A stretch of 64,000 bases of DNA from Vicugna vicugna (GCA_013265495.1 MU062233.1:6478554-6542553); one strand, 5' to 3'; positions 1-12,619 are shown, counted from the stretch's first letter. Numbers and translations: made by a program. Notes: generated by a model from the letters alone, not told the origin.

Positions 1-99
1 TTTTGTAATATCATAAAGTTCTTCACTAACCTACTACTTGAGGCAAAAAATTTGTTAAGTACAAATTGGTCCTGATACTTGCCAGTAGTAGTTTAAAAA

Positions 100-225
100 A
101 TAGTTAATCTTTATTGAGCGTGTACCATGTATGTATGTGCCAAGCGTTGTTCTAAGCTCCACATGGATTAGCTCACTCTAATCTCACACGTGCTATCATT
201 ATCCTTACTTTATAGAGGCCAAGAG
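100..225 (-). mobile_element. MIR fragment
   Basis: tttattgagc...gtgccaagcgttgttctaagc matches the reverse complement of the MIR 3' end. Confidence 0.75.
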
Positions 226-1279
226 AGGGAGTATTTGTTTTGAGAATAAAAGACTAATGCCCTGCCCGTAATTTTCCAACCTGTCTAAGCTTATCTCATT
301 TATAGACTAGGATTTATTGCACTAGGGTGACTGATTTAGACCTCTTTGGAGTCTCATTTATCACCTCTTTCCTGCGGGACTAGGGCAGCGGCATCTCCAG
401 TTACTCTTCCTGATTTAGCTACATCATAGTATTCCTTACTCTACAGTATGTGTGCAGAGCATGGAGGGGAACCAGTGAAAATCTTAAATGATATTCTGTA
501 TTATGGTGCTGGGATGGAGGTGAATCCTTCCTTATCTTTTCTAATGTCTTTCCATGTTAAATGTTACTTTTATAATAAATAAGGGTATCCAGGAGATTCG
601 GTAACTAACAGTGCCAGACAGTCTGTGATTAAGACAGGATGAGCAGTGGAAGTCCATGATGCTTACTGTTTTTTATGTACTAAAAGGCATAACTAGCTTT
701 TCTTTCATCTGCCGAGTACACATCAAGGTCCCTAACTTTACTGTCTGTTTCTCAGTGGTTCTTTTCTCCTCCCAAAGTGCTACTGCTGTTTGGCAGGAAC
801 AGATACATTATAGTGTAAGTCAGACTCTGGCAGAAACCCCAGGGATGGTGCAGAGGGCTTCGGGTCACTCCTGTTCATATCCTGCAGCCTGTCTGCCAGC
901 ATGCGCTGGGATGCTCGGAGCCTGACCGCATGCAGCTTTCATTAGGGGAACATCGATCAGTTGGCTCCCCCCAGCTCAAACATAAGCACCCTGGTTAACA
1001 ATGTCCACCTCTGGTTCACCTCACCCTTCAAGCAAGGGCAACTTCCCTGGTATTAATTCTCTTATGTCAGGGATATCCAATTTTAAACAATGTTAGTTCC
1101 ACTTTTATGTCAAATATATGTGGAAGAAAAGTTTTTTAATCACCGAGTTGTTCCATCCTTCATGATTAGGAGCAGTCTGTCCAAAATGAAGGATATCCCT
1201 ATCAGAACTAGCCTGGAAATTGTATCTTGTTCAGGGCCAAATGTGGTGACTCTCACTGTTACCTTTTTCTTTACGTTAG

Positions 1280-1345
1280 ACAGAAAAGCTGACTCGGAGA
1301 GAAGTGGAAGCTAAATTTTGTAATCTGTCTTTGTCGTCTAATAGC
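1280..1345 (+). CDS. EIF2AK4: EIF2AK4/GCN2 coding exon (exon 27 if the gene has 39 exons as in human): TEKLTRREVEAKFCNLSLSSNS
   Basis: ttacgttag|ACA...AGC|gtaagt, 66 nt, phase 0/0. Translation matches the recalled mammalian GCN2 HisRS-like domain. Confidence 0.96.
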
Positions 1346-2989
1346 GTAAGTACCTTCTAACATTATGATTACAGCTCTCTCTGTAATTCTCTGATACCAG
1401 AAAGTGTCGCTGAATTCTTGCTGCAGGTCTGCAGCAGCGCTTCCTGCTGCCTCCCTTGAGCATTAATAGGTACCATGGCAACCTCTGGATTAGGGGGAAG
1501 AGAAGCCAGTGCTGGGATCAAAGAATGCCTCTCCATGCTGCTTCTTAATGTGCTGTAATCACTCTGTTCTTTCCTCATCACCAGATACTTTTCTTTCATG
1601 CCCTCATAAAGGCTGTGTTTGGTGGGGCCTCCTGCTGAGCAGATCTCCTACTTCTTGGCCTTTTCTGAAATAGACTCCTCAGGACTAGTTTGAGGCACAG
1701 AGCTCTGCAGATGCATCTGCGTGTCCACCTCCCATGCCCCTCATGCCTCCTTCTGCCCGCCTTAATATTAGAGGAGATATTAATAATTACAAAGTGACCC
1801 AATAGCATAATATTCTAATATGAAGAACAGGCTTCTAACACCTGAGTTGAATTAAAGCTCTTGCTTTTCTAGTACATTTCCTACTCCTAAAATTCTTTCA
1901 TTTGATCACATTGGCAATGAGGAAGAATCTCATGGAGGTAAACAGGTTTGTCATAATCTCTCTCCTGGCATCAGATTGGGCCTGGATCTTTGGCACAGTC
2001 ACCCACACTTAATTGAGTCCCTAAAAAGCAGATGACAACATGGATTTCTTACATTTTCCTGAATATTTATATAAGAAGAGCTTTGTTTTGTTTTGTTTTT
2101 TAAACTTTCCCAGAACTCTTCTAGACCTTGATCTGACAGTGACAAAATCCTGTGATGATGAGCAAAATTCATATATGGGACAGATTAAAATATGATCATA
2201 CACAAGCCAGGCAGAGTCATTCAAATTTTTGGACACCTACAATGTGTCAGGCACAGAGCTCAGGGTATAAAGAGGAGTCAGTTGAAGAGTCCACAGACAA
2301 CTTTCAGCTTCTTCATGCATATTGACCTTTGAAAGCCGTGAGAAGGGGATACGTGCAGCATATATCTACCCTCAGCTCTTCAAAACAACCTGCACAGGCC
2401 ACACATAGACCATCGTTTAAAGAAATCACCCATTCAGTTTGCAGGTAGGGAAGGTAAACCAGATATATAGCATGAGGAGCTCTAGAAATTATACCAGATT
2501 ACATTTTTAATGTTAAATACTAGAGGAAATACTAATAATTACAAAGTGACCCAATGGCATAATATTCTAATATGAAGAACTGTATTCAGATAATACCCTA
2601 GATGTGTGCACAGCACATACCTATGTGTAGAAATAGTCCCGAGTATAAATGACACAAAGGATCTACGCAGGAAACTGCCCAGTTCAGTGACTCCTACCCA
2701 AAGATTCAAGCCCAAAAGGTTCTTTGAACTAATGTCACTTTTCAAAGATACTTCACACTTGCACCTGATAACTGCATTGATTGCTAAAATGTCAGCTTCT
2801 TTTCTTTTTGCTAAATCTCTACCCACTGGTCATTTGATGTTAAGCATTAATTCAAAGTTGTTTGATTAGTTTAAAATGGAAAAATTAGTATCTAATAAAG
2901 GCATTTGGTACTCTCATTGTTTTAAAAGGGAACTCTAAGGGTACAAGAATAAGGAGTAGATATACTGCAGAAGAGTTTCAAATATCTGA

Positions 2990-3110
2990 CCCCATCTGTA
3001 TTTTACAGATGAGGCACCTAAGGCCTAAAAAGTGTGACTTATCCCAAGTCATATAGAGTTAGTTGATGACGGGGTAAGGACCAAAACCTGGGGATGTTAA
3101 CTCTAGTGCT
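2990..3110 (-). mobile_element. MIR core fragment
   Basis: ttttacagatgaggcacctaaggc...gacttatcccaagtca. Confidence 0.75.
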
Positions 3111-4114
3111 TCTGGTAGTTAATTAATGGGATGATTTAATGTTAAAATTTATTGAGAAGAAAATAATTAATTAAAAAGAAAAAGTAATTTAAACTCAAAG
3201 ACATCATTTTAAAATTAAAAATTTTTATCTTTAATACAGTAAGGAAATTATAGATGTTGATACTTTGGGGTTTTCAAAAAATACAAGTGATTTTTTATTA
3301 TTAAACTATATTAAGCCAAGTCTTCACTCAGCTCTTAGTTTCCACGTCCCAATTTATAGGTGAACCAGGTTCTGCTTGCTTGCAGTCTCAAAGTAGCTAT
3401 AATTTTGTTTCTTAATTTTTACTTTAGCTCCTGGGAATCTTTTTTTCTGGTTTTATGATCATAGTTATTTCCTCTTTCACCTCCTACGTGCCAGGGACTG
3501 TGCCTGGCCCACAAATAGAAATTTGTTAGCCACTGCCCTCTCCTGAGGAAGACGATGAGTGCAGCTGTGAGAGCTGGGGTCTGGGATCGAGATATGAGCA
3601 GAGGGAAGGATCAGGAAGCTGCCTGCAGGACACGGTATCCAAACTACATCTCGGTGCTACAGATAAGAATTATTCAAAGGGAGGAGGGGGAATTCTTGGC
3701 TAATTCAGTGTAGTATCAGGATGAGTCAGACTTTGCCTTCCTGTCCCCCACGGACTTGCCTGTACTAATGGGAATTCATGAGAATGAGGAAGGCAAAAGG
3801 GAACAATACTGGTATGAAAATAGATCATGGAAACTCTGCTAGTGCCAGAGTCTGCTCTGCTGGGGTCAGCGTCAGCTGTAAGTGTGTGCGACTGAAAGTT
3901 AACTGTGAGTAGGTGCCTAAGGCACTTCTGCAGAGTGCTTTAGAGTTGTTGGGAAATCTTTAGTTGGGATTGTGGGAAAGACTAAAATTTCCTTTGACCA
4001 CAACATCCACCCTTTTGGAGGTGCAGACACTCTGCCACACCCCCTGTGAGTATGAGACAAGGCAAAGTGAGTCTCCCATGATTTGGAAGCTAACTGTGCC
4101 TCTCTGCTTTCCAG

Positions 4115-4285
4115 CTGTGTCGGCTCTACAAATTTATTGAGCAGAAGGGAGAGCTGCAAGATCTGACGCCAACCATAAATTCATTAATAAAACAGAAAAC
4201 AGGTGTTGCCCAGTTGGTGAAATATGCCTTAAAAGATCTAGAGGAGGTTGTTGGACTGCTGAAGAAACTTGGCATAAAGTTACAG
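4115..4285 (+). CDS. EIF2AK4: EIF2AK4 coding exon (~28): LCRLYKFIEQKGELQDLTPTINSLIKQKTGVAQLVKYALKDLEEVVGLLKKLGIKLQ
   Basis: ctttccag|CTG...CAG|gtttgg, 171 nt, in frame with both neighbours; recognisable GCN2 sequence. Confidence 0.97.
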
Positions 4286-4716
4286 GTTTGGCAACTGTTT
4301 GATTCTGGCAGTATAAATTTGTAGCATTAGTAATAGCACAAGGAGGAGAAATGGGTTTTATTTTATGAATACTAGTAAGTGTTTTATTTTTCCAGAAGAA
4401 TTCAACTTTCTACATTTTGGAACATTTGATATCTAGTAATAATTTTGGCTTAAATCAGAATTTCTCTACGAGCATCACAATTCCTGTTGTGCAGCAATTC
4501 TTATTATGTCAGCCTCGGAGGAGTGGTTATTCTTGAAGAGAGCAGAGCTTCTCTTACTTGGCAGGCTACAGTTAAGCACGCTGTGTGCCAGATCTTACTG
4601 AATATTTTGATTATGCTAAATAGGCTGTTCTATGCTCTTGATGGAAAATGGCATTTTCAGCTTTGCATTCTAAATCTCGAGCACTTGACACATTTGTGTG
4701 GCATTTCACTTTACAG

Positions 4717-4851
4717 GTCTTGATCAATTTGGGCTTGGTTTACAAGGTGCAGCAGCACAACGGAACCATCTTCCAGTTTGTGGCTTTCATCAGACGGAGG
4801 CAAAGGGCCATATCTGAAATCCTTGCAGCTGGTGGCAGATACGACCTGCTG
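4717..4851 (+). CDS. EIF2AK4: EIF2AK4 coding exon (~29): VLINLGLVYKVQQHNGTIFQFVAFIRRRQRAISEILAAGGRYDLL
   Basis: ctttacag|GTC...CTG|gtgagg, 135 nt; contains the HisRS motif-3-like AAGGRYD. Overlaps ORF 4648-4956. Confidence 0.97.
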
Positions 4852-5019
4852 GTGAGGGCTTGCCCTGTATTTGTGGATTTGTTCTGGCTTAATTTCATTT
4901 CTTCCTCAACTTATTATTTTGAAATTTTGCAAGCCTACAGGAAAACTAAACCGTAGTATAATTGAACACCTGTATATATTTTCATCTAGGAATAGAAGTG
5001 TCTTGCGAACTACATTTGT

Positions 5020-6040
5020 AATCTTTTAAACTTTTATTTAAATAATTGTAGGTATATAGGATGTTGCTGCAAAGATAGTACAGAAAGGTCTTGTGTACTT
5101 TTTACCCCATTTTTTCCAATGGTTAAGCCTGGCATAACTATAATAAAATGCCAAACCCAGGAAATGGACATTGGTACACTGTATGATTCTAATTATGTGC
5201 CATTTTTATCACACGTCGTAAATTCCCATCACCACCACCACAATTGGGATAGAATGTTGACCCTGACCCATACAAACAGTATAGAACTTTGCCTCCCATT
5301 ATGTCCCTCATCCCATCCCCCACTTATAGTTGTCTTCTACATCCCAGGGTGGGAGGGGGGGCCTTTACTGCTTCCCACATGCCTGCGCTGATAGTACAGT
5401 GAAGGGTGGAGGGATGGTGGCCGGGGCATGGGGTGGAGGGTGTTGGCCATGGCTTTGTTATTGCTGGATGGTGGTGGAAGTTCCAGCATCCCCCCTCCAG
5501 CCTCTTCCAGTAGCACCCCAGTGGAGAGGGGGACCTTGTTACTGCTTGGGTTGGGGTGGAAATCTGAGCTCCTGGGGATCCTGGTCTCCACTGACACTTC
5601 TTGGGTAAGCATTACCCCCAGGCAGATAGCAAAGTCCTGGGTCCCCATTCAGTTTTCTCTGATGCCGCCCTGCTAGGACGTGGTGGGGGGCTCCTTCCAT
5701 CTGGGTGAGGGTGACTGTGTTGGCCCCTACTCAGCCTTTATGACTAGGGGTGTCTGTGCTTTTTCTATGTTGTTTGGCTGGAGCAGGGCAGGTATTATTT
5801 AGAAGTTCTCTGTCTTGCTGGGTTGCCCCTCACTTGGTCTTTTGGCTAGAGAAAGCAGTTTTTCCTTGGGGTTTTTTTGTTGGTTCTCCTTGGCATTTCT
5901 GGGTTGCCAGTTCCTCTAGCACCCAATCAAGGATACATGAGACAAGACTAACCCAGGCAACTTGCCGCATGTCATTTCTCACATCCCACAATCCCTAGCC
6001 AGCCTGCCATCCTCTCTTAACTATCAGCGTCATCTTAGGT
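5020..6040 (-). mobile_element. Old L1 (L1MC/L1MD-like) fragments
   Basis: 5020-5320 resembles an L1M 3'UTR. 5330-6040 resembles an L1M 5'/ORF1-side segment. Confidence 0.55.
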
Positions 6041-6114
6041 TTATTTTGTATGTAATGTCTAGGGGTTTAGCTGTACTTAGTAGAAAGAATAGAGAGAAAC
6101 GTACCTACCCATCT

Positions 6115-6406
6115 TGGCCCAGAACCTACATATGCAACTTTAAATTGTCTAGTAACAAAGTAAATTAAGAGAAACAGGTGAAATTAATTTTAAAAATGTT
6201 TTATTTAACACAATATATCCAAAATAATATGTAAGTGTGTAATCAAAATTTTAAAAATTATTAAGGAGCTATTTGACATTCTTTTTTCCATTCTGAGTCT
6301 TTGCAACCAGTGTACGTTTTACACACACAGTGCATGTTGATTTTGATTAGACACTTACAGTGCTCAAGCCCCGTGTGACGAGCAGCTGCCATATTGAACA
6401 GCTCAG
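6115..6406 (+). mobile_element. MER33-like hAT-Charlie non-autonomous DNA transposon
   Basis: aaacaggtgaaattaatttt...aatatatccaaaata... and terminal catattgaacagctcag resemble the MER33 consensus. Confidence 0.75.
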
Positions 6407-6598
6407 CGCTAGATGCAGCATTCGTTAACATTTCCTAAATTTGTGTGCTTGCTTCACTCTCTTGCTACACCCACACACTTCTTTTTGTTGAGCCCTTTGG
6501 TAAGTTGCTATTAGAGTAGATGCCCGCTAATACTGCTTTTCCCATGATTGCAGTTTCTTCTCCGTTTTATGACCAGATTTGTGTGTGTCTCTCCGCAG

Positions 6599-6706
6599 AT
6601 TCCCCAGTTTAGAGGACCACAGGCGCTGGGGCCAGTTCCGACCGCCATCGGGGCCAGCATAGCTATAGACAAGATCACCGCTGCCACCCTTGGCGCGGAA
6701 GAGCCC
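6599..6706 (+). CDS. EIF2AK4: EIF2AK4 coding exon (~30): IPQFRGPQALGPVPTAIGASIAIDKITAATLGAEEP
   Basis: ctccgcag|ATT...CCC|gtgagt, 108 nt. Confidence 0.97.
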
Positions 6707-7280
6707 GTGAGTCCAGGCTTTGCTTTCTGACAAGCTTTGCGGTGTCTTTCCTTTTGCAGTTGTTTACAGGGAGCCCTAGTTGCGGCAGCTGCAACTGAGA
6801 GTGACTGAGGGCTTGGGAGGTTACCTTCACCACGAGAGACAAGCCTAAGTCCTCATGCCAGTCCTTAGCCTCTGCTGCCTAGCTGGGGGACCTGAGTCTG
6901 CTAGCTTCCTTTCCTCGTCTGTGCTAGGCTGTGTAAACATGAGATGCTACACGTGTTAGCAGACTCAGTTCAAAGCCCTTTGTTAAAAATTACTGCTGTT
7001 CCACAAAGTTAGAAATGGTTTTTCCCTTGTGTTTTAGGCAAGATTAGTTTTCCTAGAGAAAAATTATCTTCCTGATGGCCTAGGATAGTTGAAATTATTT
7101 CTACCTTGAAAGACTAATATAAAAGTTTTTTGACTATGTCATTTTGAAGCAAAGACTTCTGGATTTATGTTGCTGTGCAAGATTTTAAGATGCCTGTTTT
7201 CACATGAGTGCTGCCTCCCCGGCCTCATATACGTGCCCACAATCTCGCTCCTCTGTGTAATCACTCTGCTTCTGATTCAG

Positions 7281-7409
7281 GTTATTATAAGCTCTTGTGA
7301 CCTCCTGGTTGTAAGTGTTGGCCAGATGTCCATGTCCAGGGCCATCAACCTAACCCAGAAGCTCTGGTCAGCGGGAATCACAGCAGAAATCATGTATGAC
7401 TGGTCACAG
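7281..7409 (+). CDS. EIF2AK4: EIF2AK4 coding exon (~31): VIISSCDLLVVSVGQMSMSRAINLTQKLWSAGITAEIMYDWSQ
   Basis: ctgattcag|GTT...CAG|gtaatg, 129 nt. Confidence 0.97.
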
Positions 7410-7522
7410 GTAATGAGACAAAAAGCACCTGGGAGTGGAGTACAGACAGTCATGGCTTCGATAGCAAATCATCCTCTATGGCTTTAGTTTCTGCCAACTC
7501 TGTCTCTCTGGTTTGAGCTGCT

Positions 7523-7829
7523 TCCTGTATGAGTTTCTGACTGTTGCAGTAAATTACCATAAACTTAGTTGTTTAAAACAACACTCATTTATTATCTTAC
7601 ATTTCTGGAATTTGGAAGTCTGAAATCACTTTCACTGGACTAAAATCAAGGCGTCCAATAAGCCTGGTTCCTTCTAAAGGCTTTAGAGAGAGACTCCATT
7701 TCCTTGCTTTTTCCATCTCCTAGAAGCTCATGGCCCCTTCATCCATCTTCAGACTCAGCTGTGTAGCACCTTCTTTCCTCTCTGCCCGGTGCTTCTGTCC
7801 TTACATCTCCCCCTAATTGATCTTCCTGT
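7523..7829 (-). mobile_element. MLT1 (MaLR) LTR, cut by an N gap
   Basis: tgtatgagtttc...taccataaacttagttgtttaaaacaacac is the MLT1 terminal signature. Confidence 0.75.
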
Positions 7830-8004
7830 NNNNNNNNNNNNNNNNNNNNNNNNNNNNNNNNNNNNNNNNNNNNNNNNNNNNNNNNNNNNNNNNNNNNNNN
7901 NNNNNNNNNNNNNNNNNNNNNNNNNNNNNNNNNNNNNNNNNNNNNNNNNNNNNNNNNNNNNNNNNNNNNNNNNNNNNNNNNNNNNNNNNNNNNNNNNNNN
8001 NNNN
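7830..8004. other. Assembly gap (175 N)
   Basis: N run. Confidence 0.99.
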
Positions 8005-8627
8005 CAGCCTAGCACACTTCCCAAAGGCATTCTGTGTTTCCCCAGACCTCCCGCAGCAGGCCTGACACCTGCTCTGGGTGTGGAGGTGAGGAAAGTGGCA
8101 CCACTGAGCAACTGCCTACCCTTTTGAATGGGGAGCCTTTAGATGACTAACTTCCGTACAAGCAGATCACAGAAGGGGCTGCATTCCCAAGTGATCAGCC
8201 AAGTTATACATGCTTCACTTTCACTCAAGGTGCCCCAGAGCGTGAAGAGATGCCCAGGTAAACAGAACCCCAACCCACCCACCTTCTCTTCCCACATCAC
8301 CTGCCAAGAGGTCTTTGAAGCTGCTGCTGTCCATTTTTGTGTGTGTTATATAAAAATTCATGTCTGAAGTATGCTGAGCAATAAATAAATTGTAATCATT
8401 TGACAGAGCAGTATCCTATTCCGTTTGTTTACTTGTTTCATAAAAATGTTAGAGAAGTGTTCTGTCTTATATTAAAATTGTAAGCTTGGTAACGATGACT
8501 TCAGCCCTGCACAGCGGCATCCCCTGCAGGCTTCTCTGCTCTGATGCTCCTTTGCTTTATGCTTCAGTTCTGCTTTTCACCATCTACTATTTCTTTTATT
8601 GCCTTTGCTTCCCTCAAAGGCCTTTTC

Positions 8628-8630
<3 letters not shown>

Positions 8631-8674
<44 letters not shown>
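8631..8674 (+). repeat. (GT)22 microsatellite
   Basis: Direct read. Confidence 0.98.
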
Positions 8675-8676
<2 letters not shown>

Positions 8677-8949
8677 TATGGCACCTTTTATGAAGATGGG
8701 AGGTCTTTGGAAACCCTCTTAGTGTGTCCTGACCACACTGAGTGATGTGGCCCCTTAAAACAATTGTGAAAGCAAAGAAAGCAAAAGAAGTCTTATTCCT
8801 CCTTTGAGTTCTTTACTCTTCTTGCTTAATATTTATTTCAACCCTGAAATCAGCGTGTTTAGTAATTCACTTTGATAGTACATTGAACACAGTGTTTTCA
8901 TTCTCATTACTTGAAGCTGTTCCAGGTGCTCTGTGTTTATTTGTTTCAG

Positions 8950-9036
8950 TCTCAAGAGGAATTACAGGAGTACTGCAGACATCACGAAATCACCTATGTG
9001 GCCCTTGTCTCAGATAAAGAGGGAAGCCATGTTAAG
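8950..9036 (+). CDS. EIF2AK4: EIF2AK4 coding exon (~32): SQEELQEYCRHHEITYVALVSDKEGSHVK
   Basis: ttgtttcag|TCT...AAG|gtaaag, 87 nt. Confidence 0.97.
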
Positions 9037-9519
9037 GTAAAGACCAGAGGAAATCTTTGACAATTCAGGAGTCAGATTTCCCAAACTATATTAACCATGA
9101 AGCACTCAACTTCCCACTGAGGTCCTGGGCTTGGGTGTGGGTGGAAATCCATGATTTCATTCTCCTTTTGAATTGCTGGGCCTGTTTTTAGGCAAAGTAT
9201 ATAAAATAAAGAAGAGAGAATCTGAATCTGAATACTTCTCTTTCAGCTTAAAAAAAAAATTAAAAAGCTATGGCTAGGTTTTTTTCCTACTTTTTTCCCC
9301 TTGTTCTGTTTTTCCATCTAAGAAAATGAGAATAATAACTAATGGTGATACTTGCTGGCTGGCATATCCTCTGGCTACTTCCTAACCAATTTTACTATGT
9401 TGCTTTTGACTAAAAATAATCATATATGTGTCACCTCATAACCTTTATTTCTAGTTTTAAAGGGAAAAAGAAATCAACATATTTTCCCCTTGTTTTTCTC
9501 TTACAATGTCTTTGTCTGC

Positions 9520-9940
9520 TTTTGATAGCAGAGTGTTGTTGGTTTCATAAATGAGCTGGATCTTACGTTCTCCAGATCATTTTCTATAGAGTTGCTGTTA
9601 TTTCATCCTCATTTGGCACAATTCACCAGTAAAGCTGCAGAGGCCTAGATACAGAGCTATCAGTTTGCCTCTTTCTCCTTAAATGAGTTTTTGGTAGTTT
9701 GTATCTTTCTCAGAATGTTTCCATTTCACATAAGTTTTCAAACATTCCCTTTCACTATCTGTAGGATCTGTAGTAATAATCCCTTCTTTCATTCCCGATA
9801 TTGGCAATTTATGCCATTTCTCTTTTTTTCCTGATCAGCCCGGCTAGACATTTATCAATTTTGTCTTTTCAGAAAACCAGTTTTTGATGTCATTGATTTT
9901 TCTCTTATTTTTTGTTCATTGGCTTTCTTGCTTTCTTTCT

Positions 9941-9975
<35 letters not shown>

Positions 9976-12420
9976 TTTTTTGGGGGGTGGTAATTAGGTT
10001 TATTTATTCACTTTTGGTTTGGGGGTTTATTTTCTGTTTTTATTTATGCATTTTAATGGAGGCACTGGGGACTGAACCCAGGACCTTGTGCATGCTAGGC
10101 AGGCACTCGACCACTGAGCTATACTAACACCTCCCCCCAACGTTGGTTTTCTATTTCATTGATTTCATTTTTTTCTTCATTCTGCTAAATTTGGATTTAG
10201 AGACAGTCACTAGTTGAGGTTTGCTTTTTTATCCACTCTGACAATCCCTGCCTTTTCATTGGAATGGTTAGACCATTTATATGTAATGCAATTATTGAAA
10301 TGGTTGGATTTAAATCTACCATTTTACTATTTTTTCTTTGTTCCACCTATTCTTTTTTTTCCTTTTTTTTTCCTTTTTTTTTTTTTTTTTTTTTTTTCCT
10401 TTTTTTTTTTTTTCCTTTTATTGCCTTCTTTTTAGATTGAGTATTCCATTTTATCTCTACTGTTGGTTTACTGACTATAATTCTTATTTTTGGTGGGATT
10501 TTTTAGTGACTTCTCTAGGGTTTATAGTATACATCTTTAACTTACCACATTTTGCCGTCAAAACATATTATATGCCTTTACATATAAGAACCTTATAACG
10601 AATACTTTCATTTCCTATCTCTCATCCTTTGTGCTGTTGTTGCCAGTTTTTTTCCTACATGTGTTACTAACTCCATAATACATTGTTATTTTGGGGGTTT
10701 TAATTAGTTATCTTTTAAACTGATTTTTCAAATAAGGGGGGAATGTCCTTTATTTTTATCCACATAGTTATCATTTCTGGAACTGTGTATTCCTTTGTGT
10801 TCAGACAGATATCATTCTGATTTCATTTTCCTTCTGCCTGAAGAATTTTCTAATATTTCTGAGGAGTGCAGGTCTGCTGGTGATGAATTCCCTTAGTTGT
10901 TATTGTCTGAGAAAGTCTTCATTTTGCCTTCAGTTTTTGTTTGTTTGTTTGTTTGTTTTTTGCCTTCAGTTTTGAGAGGTATTTTTGCTAGGTATAGAAT
11001 TCATGATTTACATTTTTTCTTTTTTGCACGTCAAACGTATTTTATTGTCTTCTGACTTGATAATTTTTGTTTAAAAGTCTGCTTTGATCCTCTGTATATA
11101 ATGTATGTTTTCTGGTACCTTTTGAGATTTTCCTTTGTCACAGTTTTCTGCAGTTTGAAAAAGCTGTGCCTTTATGTTCTAATACTTGATATTCATGGAG
11201 CTTTTTTGAACTATAGATTTGTAGTTTTCATCAAATATGGACATTTTTCAGACATTATTTCTTCAAATATTTTTCTGTCCTTTTTCCTTCTGGGACTCTG
11301 ATTTATAGTATATGAATCATTTGATATCACCCCACAGCTCACTGAGGCTCTGCTTTTTGTGATTTTTGTTTTTTCTCTATGCTTTATTCTGGATCATTCA
11401 CTGAACTTTTCTGTAATATCTTATCTGCTATTAGTCCCATACAGTGCATTCCTTATTTCAGATATTGTATTTTTTTCATCTGTATAAGTTACATTTGTGT
11501 CTTATTTTTAATGTCTTCCATTTCTCTCCTCATCATGGTTCTTGTTTCCTTTATATTCTTTATAAGATTTATAATAATCATTTAATTCCATCATCTTGAC
11601 ATCTCTGGTCTGTTTGTATCTATTGATGTTTCTCCTGGTTATGAGTCATATTTTGCTTCTACTTTGTATGCCTAGTAATTTTTGGTTGGTTGTTGGATAT
11701 TACGAGTTTTACATTTTTTGGTGCTGGCTTTTCTTCTGTTCCTATAAATACTGTTGGACTTTGTTCTGGGATGTAGTCAAGATCCTTGGATTCTGTTTGA
11801 TCATTTCCAGGCTTGACTTAAGTATTGTTAGAGCAGGTCCAAAGCAACCTTTAGTCTAGGCCTAATTTTGCCCCACTCCTAAGGCAATGCTCTTAGGAGG
11901 ATTCTGCCTGAAGCCCTGTGAACTAGGAGGTCTTTCTGCTCTGGTAAGAACAAGCACTATTCCCAGGCCTGTGGATTTCAGAAATTATTATGCCTACTCA
12001 TTTCTGGTGGTTGTTTCTCCAGCCTTGGATAGTTTCCTCTCACTCGTGCACAGATCAGTTCTCTGCCAAAGGTGTGAGTGGACTTCTCTCTAAAGCTTCA
12101 GAAATCTCTCTTTCTCTGTGTGTAGCTCTCTCGTCTTCAGTCCTCTGCCCCACAATTTCTAGCCATCTTGGCCTGTCTAAACTCCAGTCAGTCTCCCCAG
12201 AATGGCAAGACTTCTGGTCTCTTCCTCCTTCCATTGCAGACTGCAGACTTCCTCAACTACAAAAATCTGGGGCACTTGTAGGCTCACTTTATTTACCTCC
12301 TCTAAGATAATAGTCCTCCACTGCTTGTTGTCCAGGGTCTGAAAACCATTGTTTATATATTTTGTCTAATTTTCTAGTTGTTTAAGGCAGGAAGGCAGTT
12401 CTTACAGTAGTTAATTCTTC
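9520..12420 (-). mobile_element. Old L1 (L1M-type) ORF2/ORF1/5' remnant, interrupted by a SINE and T-rich tracts
   Basis: T-rich antisense L1 text, e.g. cggctagacatttatcaattttgtcttttcagaaaaccag and tcaaatatggacatttttcagacattatttcttcaaatatttttctg. Confidence 0.8.
9943..10138 (-). mobile_element. tRNA-derived SINE (resembles the camelid Vic-1-type family)
   Basis: Reverse complement of the head GGGG..TATAGCTCAGTGGT..GCATGCACAAGGTCCTGGGTTCAGTCCCCAGT, plus the aacctaattacc-ccccc tail and poly(A). Confidence 0.85.
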
Positions 12421-12619
12421 ATGGGAAGATTTGTAGGTCCCCACTACTAGTCTGCTTGTTAGTCACAAAATCATAAATGACCGTAAGTCCTACTAATCAA
12501 GCAAGCCCCTTGCAGAACAATGATTGCTCCTGTAATATTACCGAGAGATGACCAGCTAGCCTCTGCTGGGTAATTCCGGCATCGTAATGCACTGCTGTAA
12601 TGATTAGCAAATTTTAAAA

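Noticed and set aside
8005-8400. 3'UTR-like stretch with AATAAA near 8380, as a retrocopy or intronic poly(A) site
   Set aside because: No A tail or TSD, and the left boundary is lost in an N gap.
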